Positions 18,002 through 27,119 of a stretch of 64,000 bases of DNA are shown piece after piece. The position numbers were made by a program, and so were the translations under genes. This stretch comes from Bacilli bacterium (GTDB lineage: Bacteria; Bacillota_I; Bacilli_A; RF39; UBA660), in assembly GCA_017435465.1 (NCBI GenBank), contig JAFSEX010000005.1:70793-134792 (forward strand), in the 5' to 3' direction. Below the pieces are notes generated by a model. The model did no database searches and had not been told where the DNA came from. It saw only the letters and a program-made list of their open reading frames with translations. How positions within the stretch are numbered: position 1 is the stretch's first letter; each line of letters begins with the position of its first letter.

Positions 18002-19969
18002 ATGAGTACAAAATTAGAAATTATTAAATATATTTTGGAAGAAGATACAATTTCTATTAAAGATTTAAAAGATACAACAGGGATTTCTAAAAATAATGAT
18101 TTATTAAGAAATATTTTTAATATATACCACAAATGTATTAATGAATATAAAAATATAAGTAGTGAACCAAATTATAAACTTCACCATAACATATTATATT
18201 GTATAAATGATTTATTAAATGAAAATCAATATGTTAACTATGATAATTTTTTAGGTAAAATAAGAAAAATAAAAAAAGATGTTGATGAACTGGTAAAACA
18301 TTTTAAAACATTAGATATGTTTAATGAAAATACTAAAATTCTTATTAATGATTTAAACCATATTAATAATTCAATTGAAACATTAATTATTAGTAAAATG
18401 CAAGAATCATTTAAGGACAATAAATATGATTTTTTAGAACATATCATAAATGATATACAAATAAAACAGCCTGTTGAATACATTTTGAATTTATATCCTC
18501 ATTATGTAAATGCAAAGAATGAAAAAAATGAACATATTATAGTAGATATAATTAATAAATATTTAAATGAAGTGGTAGTTGAAAACGATAAAAATATTAG
18601 TAAAATAATATATTATAATAACTTAATAGATTTGTTTATAAAACATAAAAGATTTAAATTGAATGAAAAAGATGATCAAATAATAGGAGATTTGATTAAT
18701 AAATCATTAGTTGAGTGTAAAAGTAAATCACAAGATTATAAAAAATCAGTTTTTAGAATAAATGAATTAGAAAATAAATTACTAAAAGATTATACTTATA
18801 AACAACATGATTTAGAAAATTTAAATTATAAATATAATATCGATATTGGATTTGATAAAGAGGTAATTGAACAAATCCCATATATAATTCTAGAAAATAA
18901 AAATAAAGCTGAATTAAAAGAAAAAATCATAACTATTGATGATGATACTACCCTTGATATGGATGATGCATTTGGAATTAAAAAAGATAAAATGGGAAAT
19001 TATGTTTTAAATGTATATATTTCAGATATTGCCTCTTCTATTGGAGAATCATCACTTCTAGATATTGAAGCATCAAAAAGATTTTCAACGATATATTTAT
19101 CTGATAATACTATTCCAATGTTTCCATTTGAACTATCAAATGATCTATTATCACTAAATTCTAATGGTCCAAAAAAAGTTATTCAATATACATATATAAT
19201 AAATAAAAATGGTGAAATAATAAGTTATGATATTAAAAAAAATAATATTTTACCAACAAATAAATTGAGCTATAAATTTGTAAATAGAATTATTGAAAAT
19301 GGATTTGAAGATTATGAATTATCAAATACAATAAATATGTTATCTGAAGTATCATTTTTATTAAAATCCAAAAATAATAATAAAGAGGGGTATAGAAAAA
19401 TAGAAGATTTAAAATTAAAGGTAACAGGTAAAAATTTAGAAAAAAACGACTATGATAAACGAACTAATTCTGAAATTATTGTAGAAGAACTTATGATTTT
19501 AACAAATCAAATTACCGCTCTAACATTTAAAAATAGAAATATGCCTTTTATTTATAGAGTACATCCTTGTATAAAACAAACAAATTACTATCCTGAATTA
19601 GAAAAATTAAAAAAGATAATTAATGAAGAATACGATAATAATAATCAAGAATATTTAAAACTAATAGATACATTTTTAAAAATGTATCCAACTTCATATT
19701 ATTCTAAATATAATATAGGACATTACGGATTAGATATAAGAGAATACTCTCATGCAACTTCACCAATAAGAAGGTACCCAGATGTTGTTGTTCAAAGATT
19801 ATTAGATGATTTAATATTTAATATTCCAGATGATAAAAAAATACAATATTGGGATGATAATTTAGATATAATTATAAGTAAAGCAAATAATCAAGAAGAA
19901 ATAATTGAAAATTATCAAAGCGAATATGAAAAGAACAAATATAAAGTAAAAGTTAAAGGTAGTGAATAA
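18002..19969 (+). CDS. RNB-family exoribonuclease (RNase II/R-like) lacking an obvious S1 domain
   Basis: RNB motifs DDTTLDMDDAFGI and HYGLDIREYSHATSPIRRYPDVVVQR are present. A long helical N-terminal region of about 300 aa has no recognised domain. Confidence 0.75.
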   Translation: MSTKLEIIKYILEEDTISIKDLKDTTGISKNNDLLRNIFNIYHKCINEYKNISSEPNYKLHHNILYCINDLLNENQYVNYDNFLGKIRKIKKDVDELVKHFKTLDMFNENTKILINDLNHINNSIETLIISKMQESFKDNKYDFLEHIINDIQIKQPVEYILNLYPHYVNAKNEKNEHIIVDIINKYLNEVVVENDKNISKIIYYNNLIDLFIKHKRFKLNEKDDQIIGDLINKSLVECKSKSQDYKKSVFRINELENKLLKDYTYKQHDLENLNYKYNIDIGFDKEVIEQIPYIILENKNKAELKEKIITIDDDTTLDMDDAFGIKKDKMGNYVLNVYISDIASSIGESSLLDIEASKRFSTIYLSDNTIPMFPFELSNDLLSLNSNGPKKVIQYTYIINKNGEIISYDIKKNNILPTNKLSYKFVNRIIENGFEDYELSNTINMLSEVSFLLKSKNNNKEGYRKIEDLKLKVTGKNLEKNDYDKRTNSEIIVEELMILTNQITALTFKNRNMPFIYRVHPCIKQTNYYPELEKLKKIINEEYDNNNQEYLKLIDTFLKMYPTSYYSKYNIGHYGLDIREYSHATSPIRRYPDVVVQRLLDDLIFNIPDDKKIQYWDDNLDIIISKANNQEEIIENYQSEYEKNKYKVKVKGSE

Positions 19970-19970
19970 T

Positions 19971-21365
19971 ATGTATGATGTAGTAATAGTTGGTGGAGGT
20001 CCTGCAGGACTATTTAGTGCTTATGAATTAATAACACATAATAAAAATCTTAAAATAGCAATCCTAGATAAGGGAAAGCTTGCCGAAAATAGAAAATGTC
20101 CGATGAATACTAATAATACAAAATGTTTAAATTGTAATCCATGTGGAATTTTATCAGGATATGGAGGAGCTGGAACATTTTCTGATGGAAAATTAAACTA
20201 TATTCCAAAATTAGGTAAATCCGATTTATTTAAATATATGTCAAAAGAAGAAGCATATAAATTAATTGATGATACTGAAGAAATATTTAATAAATTTGGA
20301 ATGGATAGTAAAGTTTATCCAACAAATATGGATGAAGCCTTAAATTTAAAAAGTAAAATTGCAAAAACGGGAGCAAATCTTCTTGTAATTAAACAAAAGC
20401 ATTTAGGCTCTGATAAATTACCAGAATATATAAAAGTATTTACTGATTATTTGAAAAAACAAGGAATAACTATTATTGAAAGTGCAGATGTTTATGACGT
20501 AAAAAGTGAAAAAGAAGACTTACATATTATATCTTATAAAAAAGGTAAAAAAGAGGAGAAAATAGATTGTAAGAATGTTGTAATCGCACCAGGTAGAACA
20601 GGGGCTAAATGGGTACAAGAACTTGCTGACTACTATAAAATTCCATATGTATCTCAAAGTATTGAAATAGGGGTTAGAGTAGAAGTAAGAAAAGAATTGA
20701 TGGAAGAAATATGTTCAATAATATATGATCCTAGTATATTTATAAAAACTGAAACATATGGTGATGAAATTAGAACTTTTTGTACAAATCCTGGTGGTTA
20801 TGTAGCAAAAGAAAATTATTATGGGTATATATGTGTAAATGGGCATGCTTTGAAAGACAAAAAATCTGACAATAGTAACTTTGCATTTATCTCAAAAGTA
20901 AACTTGACAGAACCAGTCACAAATACTAGACAATATGGTGAGTCAATTGCTAGAATCGCAAATGTACTGGGTGATGGAAAACCAATAATTCAAACACTTA
21001 GTGATTTAAGACACGGAAGACGCTCAACCCTATCTAGAATTGAAAAAAGTTTTATTTCACCAACACTAAAAGATTGTGTTGCAGGTGATTTATCTTTAGT
21101 TTTACCACATAGAATACTTATAAATATTTTAGAAGGACTTAAGAAATTAGATGAAATAATTCCTGGTGTAAATAATGATGAAACACTATTGTATGGACCA
21201 GAAATAAAATTTTTCAGTAATGAAATTATTACTGATAATAATATGAAATTAGATAACTATAACGTATATTTTATTGGTGATGGAGCAGGCAAAGCTGGAA
21301 ATATAGTTACTGCAGCAGCTACTGGTTTAATTGCTGCTCGTGATATTTTAAACAAGAAAAGTTAA
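19971..21365 (+). CDS. FAD-dependent oxidoreductase-like protein (COG2509-type)
   Basis: N-terminal dinucleotide-binding motif YDVVIVGGGPAGLF and C-terminal GDGAGKAGNIVTAAATG. Confidence 0.75.
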   Translation: MYDVVIVGGGPAGLFSAYELITHNKNLKIAILDKGKLAENRKCPMNTNNTKCLNCNPCGILSGYGGAGTFSDGKLNYIPKLGKSDLFKYMSKEEAYKLIDDTEEIFNKFGMDSKVYPTNMDEALNLKSKIAKTGANLLVIKQKHLGSDKLPEYIKVFTDYLKKQGITIIESADVYDVKSEKEDLHIISYKKGKKEEKIDCKNVVIAPGRTGAKWVQELADYYKIPYVSQSIEIGVRVEVRKELMEEICSIIYDPSIFIKTETYGDEIRTFCTNPGGYVAKENYYGYICVNGHALKDKKSDNSNFAFISKVNLTEPVTNTRQYGESIARIANVLGDGKPIIQTLSDLRHGRRSTLSRIEKSFISPTLKDCVAGDLSLVLPHRILINILEGLKKLDEIIPGVNNDETLLYGPEIKFFSNEIITDNNMKLDNYNVYFIGDGAGKAGNIVTAAATGLIAARDILNKKS

Positions 21366-21448
21366 CATCTTTTCTTGTTTTTGTTGATAGATTTAGTAAA
21401 ATTAAGTATAATAATAAATATGAAATACCTATGAAGGAGAGGATAATA

Positions 21449-22810
21449 ATGAACAATAATCAAAATGGATATCCGAATAATAATATGAGTCCAAATAATA
21501 TGTATATACCTAATCAAAATATGGGGCAAAATATGCCAAACCAGAATCCTCAATATCAAAATTACCAATATTATAATCCGAATATGAATTATCAAAATAA
21601 TAGGCCAGTTTATAATAATCAAAATGTTGGAATACAACCACAACAACAAGTTGTACAACCTAATGTTCAACAAAACAACGAAGCAAATGAATTTCATGAA
21701 TTATTAAATAAAGTTGGAATTAAAGAGGAAGATTTTATGCCAAAAGAAGATATTACTCCAAAAGAACCACAACAAACACAAACACAAGAAGAAATTATAG
21801 ATGAAATACAACCTGAAATAACACCAGCAACTAATATGCAACCACCACAACAATCTACACAAACTAATGATAAATCGACTGTAACATTTAGCGTTTTAGA
21901 AAGATACGGGGAAGACATAACAAAAAAAACTTATATTACTAATCCAGCAATTGCACGTGAACAAGAAATTAGTAAATTAATTCTTGTATTATTAACTCCT
22001 GATAAATCAGCATGTTTAGTTGGTAAGCCTGGTATAGGTAAAACTGCAATTGTTGAAGGACTTGCATATAGAATTTTAAATGATAATGTTCCAAATATCC
22101 TAAAAGGATATAGTATCATTAATATAGCAACTTCATCATTACTAGGAGAAAGTGTAAGTGATGGTGAACGTGATTCAAGAATTCAATTATTGGTTAATGA
22201 AGTTATGAAATCAGATAAAATAATACTATTTATAGATGAAATCCATACACTTATGGGAGCAGGTGCAAAAGATGGTTCAGCACTAGATTTTGCAAATATC
22301 CTAAAACCAGCACTAGCACGTGGTAATGTAAAATTAATAGGGGCAACAACATCAGACGAATACGAAAGATATATGATACGAGATAGAGCATTTATCCGAA
22401 GATTCGAAAAAATTGATGTTGCTGAACCAGATATTCCTACAACTGTTAAAATTTTAATGGGAAGTTATCCAAGAATTGAAAAACAAACAGGAGTTAAAAT
22501 GGGATATACTGATTATGTAAAAGAAAGAATTATGACTTTCATAGTAGAAATGACATCAGAATATAAAAGATATTATGAAGTATCATCAAGGTATCCAGAT
22601 ATTTCATTAGCGCTTCTTTCAAAAGCATTCTCTTTTGCAATGTTTGAAAATAGTGATACAGTTAAAATAAAACATGTATGGATGGCAGTTTGTACATGCA
22701 ATAGTATTTATCCAGATTCTCGCACAAAAGAAATAGAAAGATTCAAAACAGTATTTGCTGATTTAATAAGTGAAGAAAATTTAGATGTTAATACACCAAT
22801 AGATGTTTAA
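21449..22810 (+). CDS. Single-module Clp/Hsp100 D1-type AAA+ ATPase with an N-terminal Q/N-rich low-complexity domain
   Basis: Walker A is GKPGIGKTAIVEGLA and Walker B is ILFIDEIHTL. GATTSDEYERYMIRDRAFIRRFEKIDVAEP matches ClpA/B/C NBD1. About 27 N and 16 Q by my count in the first ~80 residues. The start is set at 21449, after RBS GAAGGAGAGG. Confidence 0.8.
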   Translation: MNNNQNGYPNNNMSPNNMYIPNQNMGQNMPNQNPQYQNYQYYNPNMNYQNNRPVYNNQNVGIQPQQQVVQPNVQQNNEANEFHELLNKVGIKEEDFMPKEDITPKEPQQTQTQEEIIDEIQPEITPATNMQPPQQSTQTNDKSTVTFSVLERYGEDITKKTYITNPAIAREQEISKLILVLLTPDKSACLVGKPGIGKTAIVEGLAYRILNDNVPNILKGYSIINIATSSLLGESVSDGERDSRIQLLVNEVMKSDKIILFIDEIHTLMGAGAKDGSALDFANILKPALARGNVKLIGATTSDEYERYMIRDRAFIRRFEKIDVAEPDIPTTVKILMGSYPRIEKQTGVKMGYTDYVKERIMTFIVEMTSEYKRYYEVSSRYPDISLALLSKAFSFAMFENSDTVKIKHVWMAVCTCNSIYPDSRTKEIERFKTVFADLISEENLDVNTPIDV

Positions 22811-22844
22811 AAACAATAGATAAAAAAATCTATTGTTTTTTTTC
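22810..22844 (+). terminator. Intrinsic terminator
   Basis: AACAATAGA...TCTATTGTT stem followed by T7. Confidence 0.8.
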
Positions 22845-22894
22845 TAATTTTATAACAAAATATGATAAAATTATTATAGGATGGATGTGAAAGT

Positions 22895-24847
22895 ATGGAA
22901 AATAAATATAACGGACTTAATGATAAAGAAGTTATAAAAAATCAGCAATTATATGGATTAAATATATTAAACAATGATAAAAATAATAACTTATTAGAAA
23001 TAATTAAAAATCCTATGATAATCATATTAATATTAATAATTATTCTATACATTATGTTAAATCAAAAATTAAATGCATTAATCCTTGGAATATTAACAAT
23101 ATTAATAATTGTTATTGAATTGTTACAAAAAAATAAAATTCAAAAATTATCAAAAATATTAAAAGAAAACTCGGATTCATTATATACAGTAATTAGAAAT
23201 TCTAAACAAATAAAAATTAAAAGTGAAGAAGTAACCATAGATGATATTTTATTACTAAAAGAAGGTGATAAAGTAATAGTAGATGGTATAATTTTGGAAA
23301 GCAATAATTTAAAAGTAATTGAAAAAGTAATAACAAAAAATGATAATTCTATTAAAAAAAGTATTGATTTAATTAATAAAGATGCCAAATATAAAAGTAA
23401 TTATTTATATGCCGGAACAATTATAACTAATGGATATGCAACTATTAAAGTAATAAATATAGGAAATCAAACTGAATATGCGAAAATTAATAAGAAAAAT
23501 AAAAATTTAATTGAACTTAAAATAGCTAAAATGAATAAACTTATTAATATATTTGCACTAATAAGTTTAATATTTGTATCAATATTGTTAGGATTTAAAA
23601 ATAGTAATTTCAAACTAGGAATACTGTTAGGTTTAACTAGTGCAATTTCAATTTTACCACTTAATTTACCACTAACAGTATCTCTATTTGCTACATTTAA
23701 TATATATAATTTTTATAAAAACAATATACTTATAAAGGATTTATCCATTATAAAAAAATTAAATTTAATTACATATTTATGTATTGATAAATCTAAATTT
23801 ATTACTAAAGGTAAATTAGAAATAAAAGATATATACACTTCATTAACAACAATTGATTATGTAGAAAAACTTTTATTTGCAAAAGAAAACAAAAAAAACA
23901 ATCAAATAGAAAAGGCAATTATTGATTATGGAAATATTTTAGGAATTCAAAATATAAATGAAGATTATGAATTAATAAAAACATATCCATTTACTAATGA
24001 AAGTAAATTGAATGCTAATGTGTATAAAAAGGATGATGAATATTATATATTTGTAAAAGGAAGTTTAGAAAGTTTATTTGATATATGTAATTTAGATGTA
24101 GAAGAAAAATACGAATTACATAATTTACAAAAAAAATTATCTAAAAAGGGATTAGAAATTGTTGCTTCGGGTTCAAAAAAAATAAAAAAAATTGAAGATG
24201 ATATTTTTGATTATAGAATTAATTTTGATGGATTAATAATCCTTCATGATAAAATAAATGAAAATATGAAAGTAAATATCGAAACTCTAAAAAATTATGA
24301 TATAAAAACAATAATGTTAAGCAAAGATAATAAAGAGATATCTAGTGTAGTAGGTAAACAAATAAATCTTAATAACTACAATAATATTATAAATGGAAAA
24401 GAATTAGATAAAATTAATGATGATGAATTAAATAGTATAATTAAAAACATAGGTATATTTTCTAATGTAAAACCAAAACACAAATTAAGAATAATTAACT
24501 CATTAAAAATTAATAATGAATTTATTGGAGTTACTGGATATGAAACAAGTGATATAGAAATGCTTAATAGATCAGATATAAGTATATCAATGGGTAATAA
24601 TATTTCAAAAAATATAACAGATATAACTATAATGGATGATAATTTTGAAACATTTGTAAATACTATTAAAGAATCAAAAAAATTATATAATAATATTAAA
24701 AAGATATTAAAGACAATATTACCAACTTATATTATCACAATATTGTTTGTATTAAGTATATTAATAGTTAAACCAATATATTCATTACCAATTTATATTA
24801 TTATTTTAAAAATAATTATCAATACAATATTAAATAACAAAAAATAG
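22895..24847 (+). CDS. P-type ATPase homologue with degenerate catalytic motifs (probable pseudo-enzyme)
   Basis: The N-terminus (GLNDKEVIKNQQLYGLNIL) and overall order of segments match Ca2+/cation P-type ATPases. The signature motifs are altered: TKND for TGES, DKSKFITKG for DKTGTLT, LSKDN for TGDN, GYETSD for GDGxND. Confidence 0.75.
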   Translation: MENKYNGLNDKEVIKNQQLYGLNILNNDKNNNLLEIIKNPMIIILILIIILYIMLNQKLNALILGILTILIIVIELLQKNKIQKLSKILKENSDSLYTVIRNSKQIKIKSEEVTIDDILLLKEGDKVIVDGIILESNNLKVIEKVITKNDNSIKKSIDLINKDAKYKSNYLYAGTIITNGYATIKVINIGNQTEYAKINKKNKNLIELKIAKMNKLINIFALISLIFVSILLGFKNSNFKLGILLGLTSAISILPLNLPLTVSLFATFNIYNFYKNNILIKDLSIIKKLNLITYLCIDKSKFITKGKLEIKDIYTSLTTIDYVEKLLFAKENKKNNQIEKAIIDYGNILGIQNINEDYELIKTYPFTNESKLNANVYKKDDEYYIFVKGSLESLFDICNLDVEEKYELHNLQKKLSKKGLEIVASGSKKIKKIEDDIFDYRINFDGLIILHDKINENMKVNIETLKNYDIKTIMLSKDNKEISSVVGKQINLNNYNNIINGKELDKINDDELNSIIKNIGIFSNVKPKHKLRIINSLKINNEFIGVTGYETSDIEMLNRSDISISMGNNISKNITDITIMDDNFETFVNTIKESKKLYNNIKKILKTILPTYIITILFVLSILIVKPIYSLPIYIIILKIIINTILNNKK

Positions 24848-24924
24848 ATTTACATTTATATTTGTTTACTATATAATATTAATTGATAATAGGAATACAG
24901 TTCTTATATAAGAGGAGGGAAAAA

Positions 24925-25578
24925 ATGAAAGATACTAGAAAAATATTATTTGTATCACTATTAACAGCACTATTAATATTTTCAAATATTGTAGCTATAA
25001 AAATGACAGTGGTTGCTAAATTACCATTACCATGTAGTATATTTATATATCCATTTACATTCTTATGTGTAGCAGTTATATCAGATTTATATGGAACACA
25101 AACAGCAATAAAAAGTGTATGTTTTGCAGTATTGGCTCAAGTACTACTAACAATAGTAGGAACAATAATTGTTAATTTAGATAATCAAGTTTCAACATTA
25201 GTAGAAGCGAATGCATTACAACAAATTTTAGCACCAATTGAACAAAATGGTATATATATGCCAAATGTTAAAGTTTTATTTGCATCTATACTTGGATTTT
25301 CCGTATCACAATTAGTAAATATTGGAATATATACATTTGTTAAAAATTTAACATTTAGACCAATTGCTTGTGCATTATCTATTTTAATAGCTATAATGAT
25401 TGATACAATTATATATGTACCAATTTCAACAATTGGAACTGCAGATGTTAATCTTACTTTAACAATACTTAATAAATTTGTAGTAGGTGTAATTATTACA
25501 TTTATCTCAGTTGTATTATTTAGTATTTTTACAATTGGTAAGAAAGAACCAGAAAAAAAGGTTAAAGCAAAAGCTTAA
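24925..25578 (+). CDS. YhhQ/VUT-family transporter (queuosine-precursor transporter family)
   Basis: Polytopic membrane protein. The N-terminus (LLIFSNIVAIKM...IFIYPFTFLCVAVISDLYG) is typical of the YhhQ/DUF165 family. The start is at 24925, after RBS GAGGAGGG. Confidence 0.75.
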   Translation: MKDTRKILFVSLLTALLIFSNIVAIKMTVVAKLPLPCSIFIYPFTFLCVAVISDLYGTQTAIKSVCFAVLAQVLLTIVGTIIVNLDNQVSTLVEANALQQILAPIEQNGIYMPNVKVLFASILGFSVSQLVNIGIYTFVKNLTFRPIACALSILIAIMIDTIIYVPISTIGTADVNLTLTILNKFVVGVIITFISVVLFSIFTIGKKEPEKKVKAKA

Positions 25579-26138
25579 CCTTTTTTTATGTCCTTAACAG
25601 GATGAACATAGTGTATTATTGTTCCAGCAAAATATATAATTTCTGTACATTTTTTAATTGCAAATTTTTTGCCGATAGCTTTACCACCAACAGTTAAAGA
25701 TGCAATAGCAGCACTTACTACAAGACCAACAATAATAAGATCTAAATTCAAGATATTACTTATATTAAGTGATAACAGTGCTCCAATAGAACCACTAATT
25801 ACCCCACACATATCTCCAATAACATCGTTACAAATATTAGAAACTTGTGGAGCGTTTCTAACTAACATAATTGATTCCTTAGCACCTTTATGTTTTTTAG
25901 CTGCTTTAGCATGGAATGGTGCTTCAGTTGCAGATGCTACTGCCATACCAATAAGGTCAAATAAAACCCCAATAAGAATAATAGCAATTAATACTATTGT
26001 TGCAAAAAACATATTTAATTTAACGACTACAGTATTAGATATACCACCAAATATTAGTGATAATAAAAATGTTATTAGAAAGGCTTGCCACAGCCAATTA
26101 TTTTTTTTCTTTTTATTATTTTTTGATTTTTTTTTCAT
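25575..26138 (-). CDS. Small 4-TM membrane protein with a poly-Lys N-terminus; OapA-like by context
   Basis: 187 aa. MKKKSKNNKKKKNNW is followed by four hydrophobic segments. RBS AAGGAAG. It lies directly downstream of and co-oriented with the large ORF-free RNA candidate. The OapA assignment rests on synteny only. Confidence 0.5.
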   Translation of the reverse strand: MKKKSKNNKKKKNNWLWQAFLITFLLSLIFGGISNTVVVKLNMFFATIVLIAIILIGVLFDLIGMAVASATEAPFHAKAAKKHKGAKESIMLVRNAPQVSNICNDVIGDMCGVISGSIGALLSLNISNILNLDLIIVGLVVSAAIASLTVGGKAIGKKFAIKKCTEIIYFAGTIIHYVHPVKDIKKG

Positions 26139-26164
26139 TCATATCTTCCTTATTAATATATAAA

Positions 26165-26731
26165 AAAAACATGCATGGTAACACAATAAGTAAATTTTGC
26201 GGCTTAGGTCCAGTCGGATTTCCCTATTTCCTACCGTTTGTTACCTCACGGCGATTTCTCTTTAAAGGAAACAACTAAATGTCACCATTTTAGCTACTCG
26301 ATTACCACTTAGTCCACACTTCAATCCTTAACGTGTCTGCAAGAGTTATGCAACATTCTAGAGGTTTTCCCAAACAAAGTCTTCAACTATACTTATTCGT
26401 TTTTGCAAAATTAATTTCAAAACCCATAGCTAAACTCGATGGCCGTCAAATTTAGTATTATAAACCGTTTATTCCTTAATTTCACTCACGACAGGCTACA
26501 TGATATATAGTACTCTCTATATATATGGAATTACTAACTAGTAGTAAAAGGCCAAAAATAAGGCAATTAGCTATATGCCATTATAACGTCACCTTAAATT
26601 TATAAACTTAATAATATCACCCTAACCTGGGCGGAAAAAGCAATACTACCAAGTGCCAATTGTGTGCCCTTTGATGGATTTTTAGGCCCACCTTTGCATA
26701 GTAACTTTGACTAGAATAATGCACCACACAT
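26165..26731 (-). ncRNA. Large (~565 nt) structured ncRNA candidate; OLE-RNA-like by size and synteny
   Basis: No RBS-preceded ORF. Local G+C is well above the surroundings (30/60 at 26201-26260). A consensus promoter sits at the 5' edge. The 3' end has nested helices (GGUAACA/UGUUACC enclosing CGG-UAGG/CCUA-CCG) followed by U8. The class is not confirmed. Confidence 0.5.
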
Positions 26732-26737
26732 GCACTC

Positions 26738-26766
26738 ATTATACCAAATATTAGAAAAAAAGTCAA
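26738..26766 (-). promoter_or_regulatory. Consensus sigma-A promoter driving the large ncRNA
   Basis: On the minus strand: TTGACT (rc of 26761-26766), an exact 17-nt spacer, then TATAAT (rc of 26738-26743). Confidence 0.65.
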
Positions 26767-26879
26767 AAATGAGAAAATTGGGGAAAGTTTTTTCTGAAGT
26801 ACAACACTACAAAATTGAAAAAGACACATGAATAATTTATAATTTTTTTGCTTACAAAGAAAGAAAATTCAATCCTTAG

Positions 26880-27111
26880 TTGAACAAAAAAATGAAAATG
26901 GAAAAAGTATATTTGGTAATACATATAGTTTTAACTATATTAGTGTATATAAATTTACAATAACAAGAGAATTAAAAAGAATTAAATTAAAAAGAAACCT
27001 TGTAATCTAGATAATGTTCAAGCTGATTATGAATTTAAACGTGATATATCTAAAAATAATTTTATTCTTGAAAATTTTCCAAAATTAAAAGAATTTATAT
27101 AAGATAAAATT
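26880..27111 (+). pseudogene. Gene remnant (frameshifted C-terminal fragment of an unknown protein)
   Basis: Two short protein-like reading segments (..GKSIFGNTYSFNYISVYKFTITRELKR.. and ..LDNVQADYEFKRDISKNNFILENFPKLKEFI*) lie in different frames. No start codon or RBS. Confidence 0.3.
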
Positions 27112-27119
27112 AAAAATGA

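Noticed and set aside
21362-21697. 111-aa Ile/Leu-rich minus-strand ORF
   Set aside because: It is antisense to the Q/N-rich coding region. AAT/CAA codon runs read as ATT/TTG on the opposite strand, and there is no RBS.
24848-24924. preQ1 riboswitch upstream of the YhhQ-type transporter
   Set aside because: The leader after the TTTACA-17-TATAAT promoter is only about 40 nt. It lacks the P1 stem/CCC/A-rich tail pattern of preQ1-I and any preQ1-II-like pseudoknot that I can see.
25669-26163. 164-aa plus-strand ORF antisense to the 4-TM protein gene
   Set aside because: It fully overlaps the better-supported minus-strand gene, which has an RBS and clear TM periodicity. This is a mirror-frame artefact.
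26165-26731. Could the large RNA be RNase P RNA, tmRNA or SRP RNA?
   Set aside because: On either strand I cannot find the hallmark strings: GAGGAAAGTCC and the ACAGAA..GGCTTA region of RNase P, a tRNA-like GGTTCGA..CCA 3' end or tag ORF for tmRNA, or the SRP GGAA/AGCA domain IV motif. The size also exceeds what is typical for those RNAs in Firmicutes.
26057-26829. ORF-track ORFs 26057-26278(+) and 26617-26829(-) inside the ncRNA/promoter region
   Set aside because: Neither has a Shine-Dalgarno sequence. Their composition is not protein-like. One spans the consensus promoter, and both are better explained as chance ORFs in a non-coding RNA locus.
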